NCBI GenBank assembly: GCA_937625935.1
Contig: OW569350.1
Location: 186,001 to 250,000, forward strand
Reading direction: 5' to 3'
Length of the DNA stretch: 64,000 nucleotides
From: Tetramitus jugosus
Lineage: Eukaryota > Protista > Heterolobosea
The notes under the pieces are model-generated. The model did not search any database. It had not been told where the DNA came from and saw only the letters and a list, made by a program, of their open reading frames with translations. Below are positions 1 through 11,870 of this stretch, in pieces (the first letter of the stretch is position 1; each line of letters opens with the position of its first letter). The position numbers were made by a program, and so were the translations under genes.

Positions 1-2626
1 GGCTTGTCTTGCTTGGTGTGTTGAACAACGTCTGATAATACGCATTGGAATTTGGAGTCACTTGACATGTCACTCAACTGTGAAACAGCTTCCTTCTTCT
101 TGAGCAAAGTCTTTGGCGAGATGACAATCAGAGGCTTTCTGAACTTTCTGAGCATTTGACGTCTCAATGCATGGAAGTAATTAGCTGGAGTGGTAGGATT
201 AATCACACACATGTTAACTCTTCTCTGACTATCCTTGTTCGTTATTTCACTGACCGAACTGTCGCACATTTGCAAGAATCTTTCAACTCTGCTGGAAGAG
301 TGCTCTGGACCAGCACCATCCATGCCGTGAGGCAACAGCATAGTAATACCTGAACTCATGCACCACTTGTCCTCTGCACAAGCAATAAACTGGTCGACAA
401 TTGTTTGAGCACTTGGCCAGAAATCACCAAACTGTGCCTCCCACACAACCATATTCTTTGGGTTATTGATTGAATAGCCGTATTCGAATCCGAGCACAGC
501 CAACTCGGACAAAGGTGATGTAACAACTTCAAAGATTCCTCTCTTGCCCTCCAAGTGTTGCAATGGAGTGTACCTGTGTTCATTCTCCTGGTCCACAAAC
601 TCCAAATGTCTCTGAGAAAAGGTGCCTCTGGCAACATCCTGTCCACTCAAACGCACGTTATAACCTTCGATCAACAGAGTTCCGAATGCCATAGCTTCGG
701 CAGTGGCCCAATCTACAGGGTCACCATTATTGATCATTTGAATTCGTTTTCCAATATGGAACCCTCTCAATCTCTCGTGTACATTGAAGGAGTCAGGAAT
801 AGTGACCGACTGAATTGCTACCTTCTTCAAAAGTTCTGCATCTACTCCTGTGACAGGAATCGAAAGCTTGGAGAAGTCAGCAGCTTGCTGAATACCTTCC
901 CAATCGCCCAAAAAGTACTTCTTCTCAGGCTCATACTTCTCACATTGTTGATATTCACTCTCCAGGAAGTCTTCTCTGGCTTTTCTGATCTGTTGAATTT
1001 CTTGCTTGGTCACAACATTTTGCTCTTGAAGTTCACGACCATAAATTGTTGGGAACATTTCTCGGGACTTGATCAACTTGTACATTTTTGGTTGAGTGAA
1101 ATCTGCACTGTCGAGCTCATTGTGACCATGTCTTCTAAATGCAATCAACTCGACAATGATATCCTTCTTGAATGTTTGTCTGTAATTGACAGCTAATTTC
1201 ATCACTCGCACTACATCGTCCAACTTTTCTGCATTGACTGCAATAATTGGAGCACCAACCATCTTACCAATATCACCACTGTATCGTGAGGATCTATAGT
1301 GCAATGCAGGTGTTGTAAAGCCAAGTTGATTGTTGAGAATGAGATGCACAGTACCAGCAGTTGTGAAATGAGGAAGATTCGCAAGATTGAACGTTTCTGG
1401 TACGATACCCTGACCACAAAATGCAGCATCACCATGAATCAACACACACGCTGTGTTCTTTCCTTGCAATCGCTTTGCACGGGTCTTGCCCATAGCAACT
1501 GGATTAATAGCCTCCAAGTGAGATGGATTGTTCAAGACCGAAACGTTCATTGTCGAGTTTTCATACTTCAAGGTTGTAGAAATACCCAAATGAGACAATA
1601 CATCACCCACAGAATACAATTCGTGTGGAATTTCCAAGTTGCCCTTAATCTTGTGAAAAATTGCTCTCGGTGGGAAATTAAGGATACCAGTCAATAAATT
1701 CTGGAGAGTATTGAGAATACATAAAGATTGTGGAATTAGCATCCAATAAGTCGATCAAAATACAACGATTGCAACCATACCAATCTTCCTCTGTGAGGCA
1801 TTCCAATAACAACATCGCTGACACCTCCCTTGTTATACTCCTCAAACAAGTGATGCATCGCAGGGATCATGCTCTCTGCTCCCTCCAATCCATATCGCTT
1901 CGTTCCAGGAAACTTCTTGGCCAAAAAGTGATCAAACACCTCTGATTCCTGAATGAGCTGATTTGCAGTTTTCTTCTCTTGGGTGGTCAACTCGGTTTCG
2001 ACATTACTTTCCAACTGTTTTGCAATCCACAAGACTTCCTTTGTGCTCTCCAAATGCGTAAACTGAGCAGCAATACTGTTACAATACACTGTTTTAAGTG
2101 TGTCGACGACTTGACTCAATGGAGCTTGTCTCAGAGGTTTAGACTTTGGTCCAATGTGAACAATTTGATCCACATTGATCATTTGAGAGTCATCCTCAAC
2201 ATTCAAATTGTATACACTCGGTTTCAACTCGACGACTGATCCCCTCTTTGGTACCTGCAAATTCAATGGATCCAAATCTGCTTCAATCTATTGGATTTTC
2301 ATTTAACAAGTTACTTGTAATTAGCTTTGTAAAATCATAAAACAACAGGAGGACAAAAAAACATGGTTCTTCACACTTACGTGTCCATGAGATCTAAAAG
2401 CTCTCACAAGAGAATGCACACGACACTTGACCTCCTCTTCATCCAACTGTCTCAACACTGGTGAAACATGAATGCCTCTTTTTGTGGTCAATTGAGGTTG
2501 TTGCTGTTGGTTGGACAACACGCATCGATGCAAGAATCCTTCTGCTGTTGTCGCAGAGGTACTGCTATTGGAAGCAGCAGTGGCTGTTGTTCTCTTGCCC
2601 AAGTGAGAAAGACACCTCTTGTACAT
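1..2626 (-). CDS. DHTKD1: 2-oxoadipate dehydrogenase E1 (DHTKD1-type OGDH paralogue); 3' end runs off the window. Exons 2626-2381, 2287-1781, 1700-<1
   Basis: Motifs KRYGLEGAES, IGMPHRGRL|NLL, DVLSHL, PSHLEAINPVAMGKTR and HGDAAFCGQGIVPETFNLANLPHF (DHTKD1-type). GT-AG introns at 2380-2288 and 1780-1701 restore the frame. The N-terminus resembles a mitochondrial transit peptide. Confidence 0.9.
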
Positions 2627-2830
2627 TTTTTTACAATTACAAAATGAATGGATAACCGAAGTTAGAGATTGGTTGTTTGGTTGTTGTTTTGAGTTAGTTT
2701 TGTTGTGCTTGTTGGACGACAGCACGGATCACACACGAGAAACACGATCTGAACGTCATTGAGCCTCAACGTCATCATGCAGAACACCAGAATAGACTCG
2801 CCTCCTTTACTCCTTCTGCTGGAAATGCCC

Positions 2831-2848
2831 TTGATTGGCGCCAATCAA
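2831..2848. promoter_or_regulatory. Perfect 18-bp palindrome TTGATTGGCGCCAATCAA (two inverted CCAAT boxes around GCGC) upstream of DHTKD1
   Basis: The palindrome is read directly from the sequence; a regulatory role is inferred from position. Confidence 0.4.
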
Positions 2849-2970
2849 AATATGATTACAATGGATAATTTTTCAACGAACATGAAACTGGATATCATAC
2901 GGCCCCAGCTAAAGCTGAGCAAACAATCCATAGCCTTGAAGCTTACAAGATTAGACATCAATGCGCGTTT

Positions 2971-3698
2971 TTATTGGACCATTGACCTTTCAATTTGTTT
3001 TTGTGCATCTCTGAGCTTCGAGTACAAATCCTGTAACTGTTCTGTCGTGCATGAAATGGTCACTGCTTCACCAGTGTCGCACTTTAGCTTCAATGTATAC
3101 ACGGGTTCATTTGTCTTCTCCACTTGACTGCTCTTGATCACATAATCCAATCGCCAATCTACATCGATCCACGACGGAAATCCAAACGTCTTCTTCTTGA
3201 GCACTCTATCTCGGATTTGATCCTTGACTGACACGTACTTTTCACACAGTGGTCTCACTCTCTCCGCATTATCAATAAATTCTTCCAAAAAGTGACTGTC
3301 ATTGCATAGTTGTACAAGAAAACAAGATGATGTTAGACAATCAAACAATCATCAAGGTTTTCGACCAAGAAAGATGACAATAAAAAAAGCAAATAATCAT
3401 TATCATAGAACAAGGAGAACAATATGATACGTTACGTGAGTTCAATATCAGCATAATTGTGCTTTGCTGATTCTAGATACAGATAAATGATGGCATTGAA
3501 GGCTGATTTGTTGTTGGCAGAGTCCTTGTTGTTGTTGTTGGATGAGAGAAATGATGGTGCAGTTGACAATGATTCTTCTCTGTTGTTTAAAATTACACGA
3601 ATGGCATAATCGACAATTGACTTGAATGTGGAATCATTGACCTTGAGTTCATCAGTCAAATATTGGAGTGCTTTTTGCACATCTGATTTCAGTTCCAT
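2971..3698 (-). CDS. COMMD3: COMM domain protein 3-like; exons 3698-3436 and 3295-2971
   Basis: COMM domain motif WIDVDWRLDYVIKSS..EK.NEPVY.LKL...CTTEQLQDL..KLRDA. Intron 3435-3296 (GTAACG...CTAAC...CAG) joins the two ORFs in frame. Confidence 0.85.
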
Positions 3699-4099
3699 TT
3701 TGTTGTGTCTGTGGTTCTTTGTTGAGGGAATTAGAAGGAAAAAATAATTACTCCTCTATGAAACTGAAGTAACTTACTGCGACTATTCACCAGCCCACCC
3801 AAGAACTTATTCCCCATTTATGACCGAAACGATACCACGCGCCTCCCAACAAAACAATGTCATTCAAGCCAACTCCAACTCCACTGGTCTCACCTTTAAA
3901 GCGTGCACCAACATCACTAAGGGACAAATTAGCAACAACACAGGAAAAGGCGAAAATCGCAAAGATTGTAAGTGTAGATGAGAAGGGGTTTGAAAACCTC
4001 GTAAGACAACACAGGGAATATTTACAGATAAAAACCAATTATCTATAAACCATCGTTGTTTTGCTTTTGTGGTGATGAAGGAGAGTCGTGAGACATCTC

Positions 4100-6757
4100 C
4101 GTTTCACCCATTCACTTTTTCGGCCACTGTTACTTTGACTCCATTGACTACCAAGCCATTGGTGATATCTTCGATGGGTCCTCCCTTAATTCCGCAAATA
4201 AAATAAAATCATCCACATACGTTCTACAGGTTCTGGGTCATAGCGCCAAATCCCTTCATTCCTGGCCGCACATTCAACAGGACCACTTGACGCACAAGGA
4301 TATAGGAAGTGGGCGACAATGAATCTCCCTGTTAAGTACCCCTCCGATATGAAATCTCCTGGAAAGTGAAGAAATCAGCACACGGGCAGGAGTCGTTGAT
4401 TGTCATTCACATCCATTGTACCATGCACCTCCTCTTCTACAGATACTGAATCGACACCATTGCCTCCAGACTCGGGAGTTGTGTTCACCTTAGAGTCAAA
4501 TAAACAGAGCATTGGAACATATTCCACATCTCGCGTTTCGTTGTCGATCAGTTCTCCACATACCCTTCCAGTGTTTCATTCTTCTGTTCATTTGTCTCCA
4601 ATGTTGAAGAGTCTTGCAGAATTTTTGACGTTTCGAGGTTCAAAAATTGATCTGGGTACCCATCATATTCTATCCACTCCATGAGGGTATTTCAGGAAGA
4701 TAAAGTCCGCACCACTGTACTTTACTGCCTTTTGCAACCACCATCTATCACTTTCCTCCCTCCTGGAGGACTCGACTGTTGCCCTCTTGGTCAAACAAGG
4801 ATAGAAGGTGCTGTCTACTATCTACTTGCAATTCACCTTTATACAATGCAGGCTCGTCACATGACCCGAGCTTGGACAATTACACTCTCTCATTTGAGAG
4901 ATCAAGAAACGAGAATCCTCTGAAAACGCCATCTGAACAATTTTCCTTTTTTCCATACAGTGAGACATGATTAGTAAACTGCGAGCGTTACTACTGTCTG
5001 CGGTCCTTTGATTGCTGGTAGATTCCGTGCAGCGTTGTGATGCAGCGACTCTTCATCCAGCACACAAAACTACGGGCCTTTCGCTACACTACTTCTTGTT
5101 TCATCCCATATTTCATCAAAGCATCCGCCACCTACCACCTGGTCGACAGCGTCGTTCTCTAATCCCATAATTCCCATGAGATACTCTCTGCTCGACTTCC
5201 TCGGCATGGGCCACATGAATCCGTTTCTGAACAGCACTTTGTCAAACCATAGGGAGATGGCGGACTCTCGATGTAATGGAAATTTGAGCAACTTTTTGTA
5301 GACTTCCAGGACAAATGAGTGAAGGACACGTTTCCTTCTTTTTTCCCATAAAACAATTATTACTACTCCACAAGTAAATGCATGATGATTTCTGGAGCTT
5401 CTCAACAGTATGTACAAGTGACATCGATCAGCGGATTATACAATTGTAGAAGGACAGTCCTCGTGTGGAGAGTTCCACTTCTCACTTGATGATAGAACCA
5501 CAGTTCCTTTCTTTCCAGACCAAAAGGGCACTCAATGCTGCACCTCTCACATTCGTGACAGTCGCCACTGGCGACTGTGATTCCAGAGCTAGGGAGTAGT
5601 TTGGCGCACCAACAAGATATGTGTGTTTCACCTCACGGAGGCGGATATTGGATTTAAAGATGCTCGTTCGAATGAGCGTTTGTGATTGCTTGACATCATC
5701 AAGCGTATAGACCCTAACCACAGACAGTCCATCCTCCGCTTATCTTGCAAAGAATTTCTATTTCAGGATGCATATTCAGACTCAAGGATCTGAGCACCTT
5801 GTGCATGACATTAGCTGTCTCCTCTATGTCTTTAAGACTTCCACTGAATAGGTTATAATCATCAACATATGCAACATTCCAGATCCTTTGGGACATGCCC
5901 TGATACCTTTACTTTTTATCCAGCATAAAGAAGTGTCAGTTGGTGCACTATCACATAAGTGGTTGGTGACAAGGAGTCACCTTGTCTAGTACTCCTATCT
6001 ATATAGATTCTTAACCTTTTTGAGACCTCCCTCGAGAGCGAAATCCTGGCCATTCGGGCAACTGGACAATTCACAAGGCAATGCAAGACCGTCTCTTGCT
6101 CAAAATTGCACTTGGGACACGTCGTGTCCATATCTTCCACCTCGTAGAGATGCTTCACCACAGCTTTTGTGTGAAGTGTTTGGCTTTTGACTTGTGCAAT
6201 GAACCATTCAAGCTTCCTATCAACCCTAAAGGGGCATTTCATAAAGGAAAAGTCTGTTGCACCTCCCAAACATGCCTTCTGAATCCACCACAACTTCTCT
6301 CGACCGATCAGGTCTCGATACTGCCGAGTGAAAGCATGCCATATCTGCTGTTTTTCAACCACTTCAAAATTGTCCTTGTACATCAGTATTGGTAGGGTTG
6401 CAGCAGAACGATCATGTATGCCGTTGCATTGTAGGAGTTCAAGGTCCATGAGAATGTATCCATATCTCTTCGCACTGATGCCAAAGTTACCGTGCGCTTT
6501 AGCAAGCTCGCCATGCTTGACCCATTACCATTTCTTGTCAGCTGCTCCTTCAAGCTGACACCAATCTTAAAAAGCTTCTTGGCCACATCGTTTGGCTGCG
6601 ACATGGCAAGGTTACAGCTCAAACAATTGACCTCATCTCCATATGCGATAGTCAAATAGTTGTTGTGCATGCGCTCCGCACACCACTTGAGGTATGTGTG
6701 CTGGCCTTTCCTCTTGATGACTTGGACTCGGTTGAGCCAGTCACCAAACTCCTTGAA
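4100..6757 (-). mobile_element. Stack of degenerate non-LTR retrotransposon fragments (L1/Tx1-like) upstream of tRNA-Cys
   Basis: RT fragments RGT*QGDSLSPTSYILV...YVDD (~4380-4150) and RQGDSLSPTTYVIV...NVAYVDD (~6000-5720). CCHC zf-RVT CPKCNFEQETVLHCLVNCP (~6120-6060). C-terminal LVWKERN (~5520) and related WEKRR/WKKR copies. WWIQKA/WWLQKA copies (~6290, ~4740). ORF1-like WLNRVQVIKR (~6745-6715). Many stops and frameshifts. Confidence 0.85.
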
Positions 6758-6764
6758 ATATCAG

Positions 6765-6849
6765 GGACATATAGCTCAGCGGTAGAGCATGGGATTGCAA
6801 AAAATGCAACATGATCCTATGGTCGTGTGTTCGATTCACACTATGTCCT
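6765..6849 (+). tRNA. tRNA-Cys(GCA) with a 13-nt intron (6801-6813)
   Basis: Acceptor stem GGACATA/TATGTCC with U73. D arm GCTC/GAGC. Anticodon stem TGGGA/TCCTA, loop TT-GCA-A. The intron after position 37 contains TGCAA, complementary to the anticodon. T arm GTGTG-TTCGATT-CACAC, followed by a T-run terminator at 6851. Confidence 0.92.
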
Positions 6850-6883
6850 GTTTTTATAAGCAAGTGACCAACAGGGTTCAGCA

Positions 6884-9500
6884 ATGGAGATTGCTCGACT
6901 TGTGGCCCTCAAGTGCGCACCATGGGTCACTCGAGTACAGGTCATTAAGTGGGAAAAAAATCAATGTATAGCCTTGCTCAATATCAAGAAGGATGAAATT
7001 TATGAGTTTGTGTGAAAGGTGCAAAGGCATATATCAAGAAAGGATTAGATAATGACAAAAAACTTTTCGTTCATGGAATAGAAGGTAAAACAGAGATAGA
7101 GATTTCCGAATTGGTCGGTGCTGAGAAAGCTCACAAACAACACGGCGTTTGTGACAATGAAATCCCAAACATATGCCCAAACTGTAGCAGGAGATCAATC
7201 GTTGAATCACGCTAAGAAAGTTCTCCGAGAGACCGCCAGTCATTTACCGAACCAGCCAAATGGGAGTGAACCACAAGATGTTCAACCACACAAATGGACG
7301 AGTTAAACCAGAAGAAGAGACAAATGATCAATACACCAGCTCGACTTCCAACTATCAGAAGCAGGGAGGCATCTGCAAGTGTGCCGAGAAGCGACTCTAA
7401 CTTATGTTAGAAGTCGTATGGTACAATGTCAATGGACTGCCTGGTAAGTCCGTTGATATAATCAACATGTTGGAGCAAGGGAATGTCGACATTCTCTTGC
7501 TACAAGAAACAAGAATTTTACACCAGGAGCAGATGGCGAACCTCCAATAGGTCGATAGAGAATTTTGGTCGCAAAAGCACAAAAAAACCCTGGGGCAACA
7601 ACAGACGAATAAGAAGGTTACTGAACACCAGAGAACTGTTGTTGAGATATCTAGTGAGTGGACAGACAACTGAAAGAACTTTCAAAGTGTTTAGTCACTA
7701 CGGAGAACCAAGGACTCAACTCTCCAAGGAGTCGGTAGGGATTGCACTGAGTGCAGTTGATCGGAAGCTGCATGGGGAGAGAGTCAGGAACAAAAAGTTC
7801 AGAACGTGGGAGTGGGCAGCTAGAACATCGGAGTTTGTAAACCCGACGAAGTTCTTCTCTGCTGCAAGTGCGAAGAAGGCCAACTGCATCAGACTCAACA
7901 CAGTTAATGATGGAAATATGACATACACTGATAGTGAAAGGGTTGGGGAAAAAGCAGCATTACTTTGAATCTGCGTTTTCAAAGGAAACGTCCTATCTCA
8001 GGACTATCCCAGCTCCGAGTGCTCAAGATACCATCAGAAAGGAATTCACGCAGATTACAACTGAGGAGGTGCGCGATTCAATCGGATGGCTTAGAAACAA
8101 AAAGTGCCCTGGACCTGATGGGGTCCACAATGAAATGTTGAAGTTACCAAGGATAGCAGGGACTACAGCTGGGAGCTGTCGGAAGTTTTATCAGGGTTCT
8201 TCAACAATATCCTGGAGAGTGGGTCGTTTCCTAACAGGTGGAAGGAATGCACTATCGTTCCTGCCTATAAGAAAGGCGACGCGCAAGACATTTCAAATTA
8301 CAGACCTATATGCCTGTTAAGCGCTCTGTCGAAGCTCTTCACAAGGCTACTCAATGCCCGAGTGTCAAAGGCAGCAGAGGCTGCCTCTTTGTTTACGAAC
8401 ACGCAAGGGGGAGGGCGAAAGTTCAGAGATATAAGGGCAATCAATCATGAGAGGGGTCATTGATCATGCCAACAGGAATGATGGTCAATTGTACCTCCTC
8501 CTGACTGATATCGCAAAGGCTTTCGACTCTGTTCCCCATAATGCCATTAAGGAAGTGTATTCGTTCTTTGGATTCCCGGAGCACATTGTCAATTTGGTTC
8601 ACGACATGGTAACTGGAAACGCTGCCAGAATAATGGCTGGCAAGTTGTCAAGACGCTTTCTGATGGGGAAAGGCACGAGACAAGGTGACTCATTGTCTCC
8701 GACTACATATGTGCTCGTTCACCAAATGTACACCCCTGGTTTTGCCAAGGGCTACGAGGCAATGTCGCAAGACATTTGGAATGTAGCGTACGTGGATGAC
8801 TGCAACCTAATGTCCAATAACAGGCAATCCATTGAGAAGACCGCTAACAAAATGAATGAAGTGTTGAGCATGCTCAGGATGGTCATGCACCCAAACAAAT
8901 TGGAACTCTATGTGAGGAAGATGGGCAGAAGTAGCTCAGTACACAACATAACGGTTAATAATGTTGTTGTGCGTGCAAATGGAAGTGAAAAAACTTTCAG
9001 GGCGTTAGGACTCTTCACGAGCCTGAACGGTTGTACGACAAGACAAAAGGAGCAGGCACTCGAAAAGGTGAAGAGAGTAATGAACCGTCTCGGCATCATG
9101 AGACTCACAGCGCGACAAGTGGCTAGAATCATTAACACCTGCATCCACCCGGTGTTCCTTTACGCTTGTGAATTCACTCACTGGACTAAAGCGTGGATCA
9201 ATAGAGTCAATCAAAAGGGCAAGGCGCTAATAAAACAAGGATCAGTAGCAATGAAGCGGTACCCGTCCGATCTGCTGTAGGTTTCCAGTGACAACGGTGG
9301 TTTTGGACTGCGAAAGATTGAGGAGTCCATTCTAGTAAGAACTGCATGGTTCGTTAAGGACAGGCTGAGAGGAAAGAATGACAACGAGGCTCACAAGCTA
9401 ATGTTGGACTCGCTTGAGGAGATCAAGCTTCTGCAAACATTCCAAAGGGAGAAAATCTTTCAGTCCAACAACAGGCTAGAGCTTGTCAAACACCAGCAAC
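6884..9500 (+). mobile_element. Internally deleted, frameshifted non-LTR retrotransposon: ORF1 (~6884-7400) plus ORF2 APE-RT (~7404-9500)
   Basis: ORF1 is RRM-like (KKLFVHGIEG...TAFVTMKSQTYA). The APE N-terminus MLEVVWYNVNGL...DILLLQETR starts at 7404. RT motifs: KCPGPDG, NYRPICLLS, LLTDIAKAFDSV, QGDSLSP (8681), YVDD (8789-8800), FRALG, GGFGL. Premature TAG at 9278. Confidence 0.9.
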
Positions 9501-10565
9501 GCTTTGTTGCATGGGTGACGGTCAAGGGTGACCGCATCTATGATTTTGTTGAGTTGTTCAACAAAGAGAGGAGGATTGGCAACAGCACTGCTGCACCCAA
9601 GCGCAGTGTTGATTGCACAAGAAAGGTGGTCGTCCATGGCATGAAGAACATGTCAGTGGACGACATCAAGAAGCTACTGGGACCTGATAAGGTTGCCAGT
9701 GTGCTGAAGAAGCGTGACACTGCTTTCGTGGTCATGGGTGATGAAACCTATGCACGAGCAGTGCTCAGCGGAGAGCAAAAGGTCAAGGCCACGGTCACTC
9801 GATACGTCGAGAGACCACATGATCCTCTCAAGGCTGTCAACAAGAGATTGACGAAGATGTATGAGGAGCTGCTGACGGTGGTTGACGCACTGCGTCGACA
9901 GGTCACAGAACTCACCAAGGAATTGGGAAAGACAAAGGGTCAAGAGAGCAACAAACCGGTTCCGATACCGGAACTAGAAGTTGCACAAAGAACTGCTCCT
10001 GATCTAATGGAGGCAGAAGAACAAAGGAGTGCAACACCACTGCCAACAGTGCCTGTTGCACAGCTCAGCGCTGAAAATCGGCAAATTCTGGAGCAAGTGA
10101 ATGCCACTTCTCCAGTGTTCTCAAGAGTGAAGAAGGAAATTGCTGCATTGGCACTTGCTGCTGCACGCAAAAGGTATGGTTTGACTGAGGACGAACCAGT
10201 CATTGTGGATGTGGATGATGACTCCGAAAAGGAGATTCAGAGTCCACAACTCAATGACAACAAGAAGAGGAGTGCTAGGATCACACTGGGTGATCTGATG
10301 AGCAACAAGGCCCAAAACAAGAAACCAACAACAGATGGCTCTGTGTCCATCGACGGTCCTACTACAAGGTTACGCTTTGATGAAGGGCATCAACCAAAAC
10401 ACTCACCAGAGTGATTCTTCCAACCTGTAGATGCACCGTCGGGGACAACAAGAGAAGAAGAGTGAATGACGCCCTACGGGTCGTCACTCACAAAACAAGT
10501 CAATAAATGAGCAATCGTGTGCTTGCTGCGCAAACACACATGGTTGTATGGAACAAAAAAAAAAA
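9401..10565 (+). mobile_element. Second ORF1-like region (RRM plus coiled coil, open to 10414), joined in frame to the preceding ORF2 remnant, then a 3' hairpin, AATAAA and an A11 tract
   Basis: RKVVVHGMKNMSVDDIKKLL...TAFVVMGDETYARAVL aligns with the ORF1 at 7050-7190. Hairpin at 10460-10489, AATAAA at 10502, A-tract at 10555-10565. Confidence 0.7.
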
Positions 10566-10799
10566 GTGGTCCTGAAGGGCAGTGACTCCTTCGAGGAACC
10601 ACGACTTGCGGCGTTGTTGAGCTAACATCTGTCCTCATTGGGCATGAAATATTCGTTTTGGGAATATATTGTAAGGACCATGAAATAAATCATTGATTAG
10701 TCAGAATATTGTACAATTATTGAGTGCCTAGAACTCAAGATGCTTGTTGAACAGTGGTAGAACTCAAGGTTTTGATCCACATGTCCTCTGTACAAATCG

Positions 10800-11815
10800 A
10801 GTTGAGGGGTTCTTTAAGTTCCTCAGGATACATGAACTGTCATCAATTGATGTGATTGGGGCCTGCTTGTACATAGGTTCCGTCATGACCCTGAAAGGAG
10901 TCACGCTTCTTGAGCATATTGGAGAACTTCTCACTTCTTAAGAATCACAGATCTTCATGCTATGGACGATCAACTTTCTTGTCCGATCAACACTGCGCTT
11001 GGGTGCGGTCATCCACAAAGTGTTGCCGGTTGAGTCAGTCACCACACTCCTCTTCTATCCTTCTTGACAATGATGACTGAGAGGTGGTTGGTATAAAGAT
11101 TGTCCACCCCACCACCCATTGTTTCAACTTGTAACCACCACAGATCGCCAATCTCTTTAATCCTGCAGAGTCTCTCATTCTCCATTACTCTCTGCTCTCG
11201 ACGGGATAGGATCATCAAAGTTTGCTCTGCAGAGACGTTAGTCTCTAACATCGAAGTGCACTCACATTCATTCATTTGTGACATTATTGTCAACAACTCA
11301 TGACCTTGGTCCAATCTTGCATCCTGGGAACTTTTTTGATCTATTTTAAACTCATGACTCTCACACCAACCATCAGCTGACTTCTGTGATTCCACCCTTG
11401 AACAGCTTCTCGAGAATAGTTGTTGGAACATACCGGGCAATGTTACAATCGTCATAATTGCGGATGTTCCCTTTGTTAAGTGTAATGTCTTGGCACCAGT
11501 CTGTTCACTCTGAGAAGTCCCCCAGCAGTCCAGTCGGTGAATTCTGACGAGTACTTGAAAAGATAGGTTGTATACAGGTGTTTACGATCCTTGCCACCTG
11601 TCGCGGTGTCAGCTTCATCATCTTCAGTCGGTTCACTACTCTTTGTGATTTGTTCCACGCTTGAGCCACTTGTTGTTTCGTGTCACCTTTCAGGTTGGTG
11701 AAGAGACCCAGTACTCTGAACCCATGACCACTGTTTCAGGCCTGGACAACAGTACCGTCTACCTCTATATCGCGGGCTCCATCCTCATAAATTGCCGAAC
11801 GCTATGGACTCTACG
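10800..11815 (-). mobile_element. Degenerate fragments of the same retroelement family, upstream of the tRNA-Cys pseudogene
   Basis: IEVDGTVVQA*NSGHGFRVLGLFTNLKG matches the RT C-terminus at 8950-9030. DLWWLQV at ~11140. DNA similarity of ~10860-11010 (reverse) to 9590-9770. A 22/24-nt match between 11027-11050 and 6729-6752. Confidence 0.8.
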
Positions 11816-11870
11816 TGGTTGAAAAAAAGATTTCCTGAAATTTCAGCGCTTTTTTTTGTTCCGATGAGCA

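Noticed and set aside
3857-4048. Short + strand ORF, possibly an ORF1 tail remnant
   Set aside because: Similarity is too weak to assign by eye.
11700-11870. Trypanosome-style snRNA gene divergent from the tRNA-like gene
   Set aside because: The upstream minus strand translates to a retroelement RT fragment, and no U2/U3/U6/7SL motif was seen.
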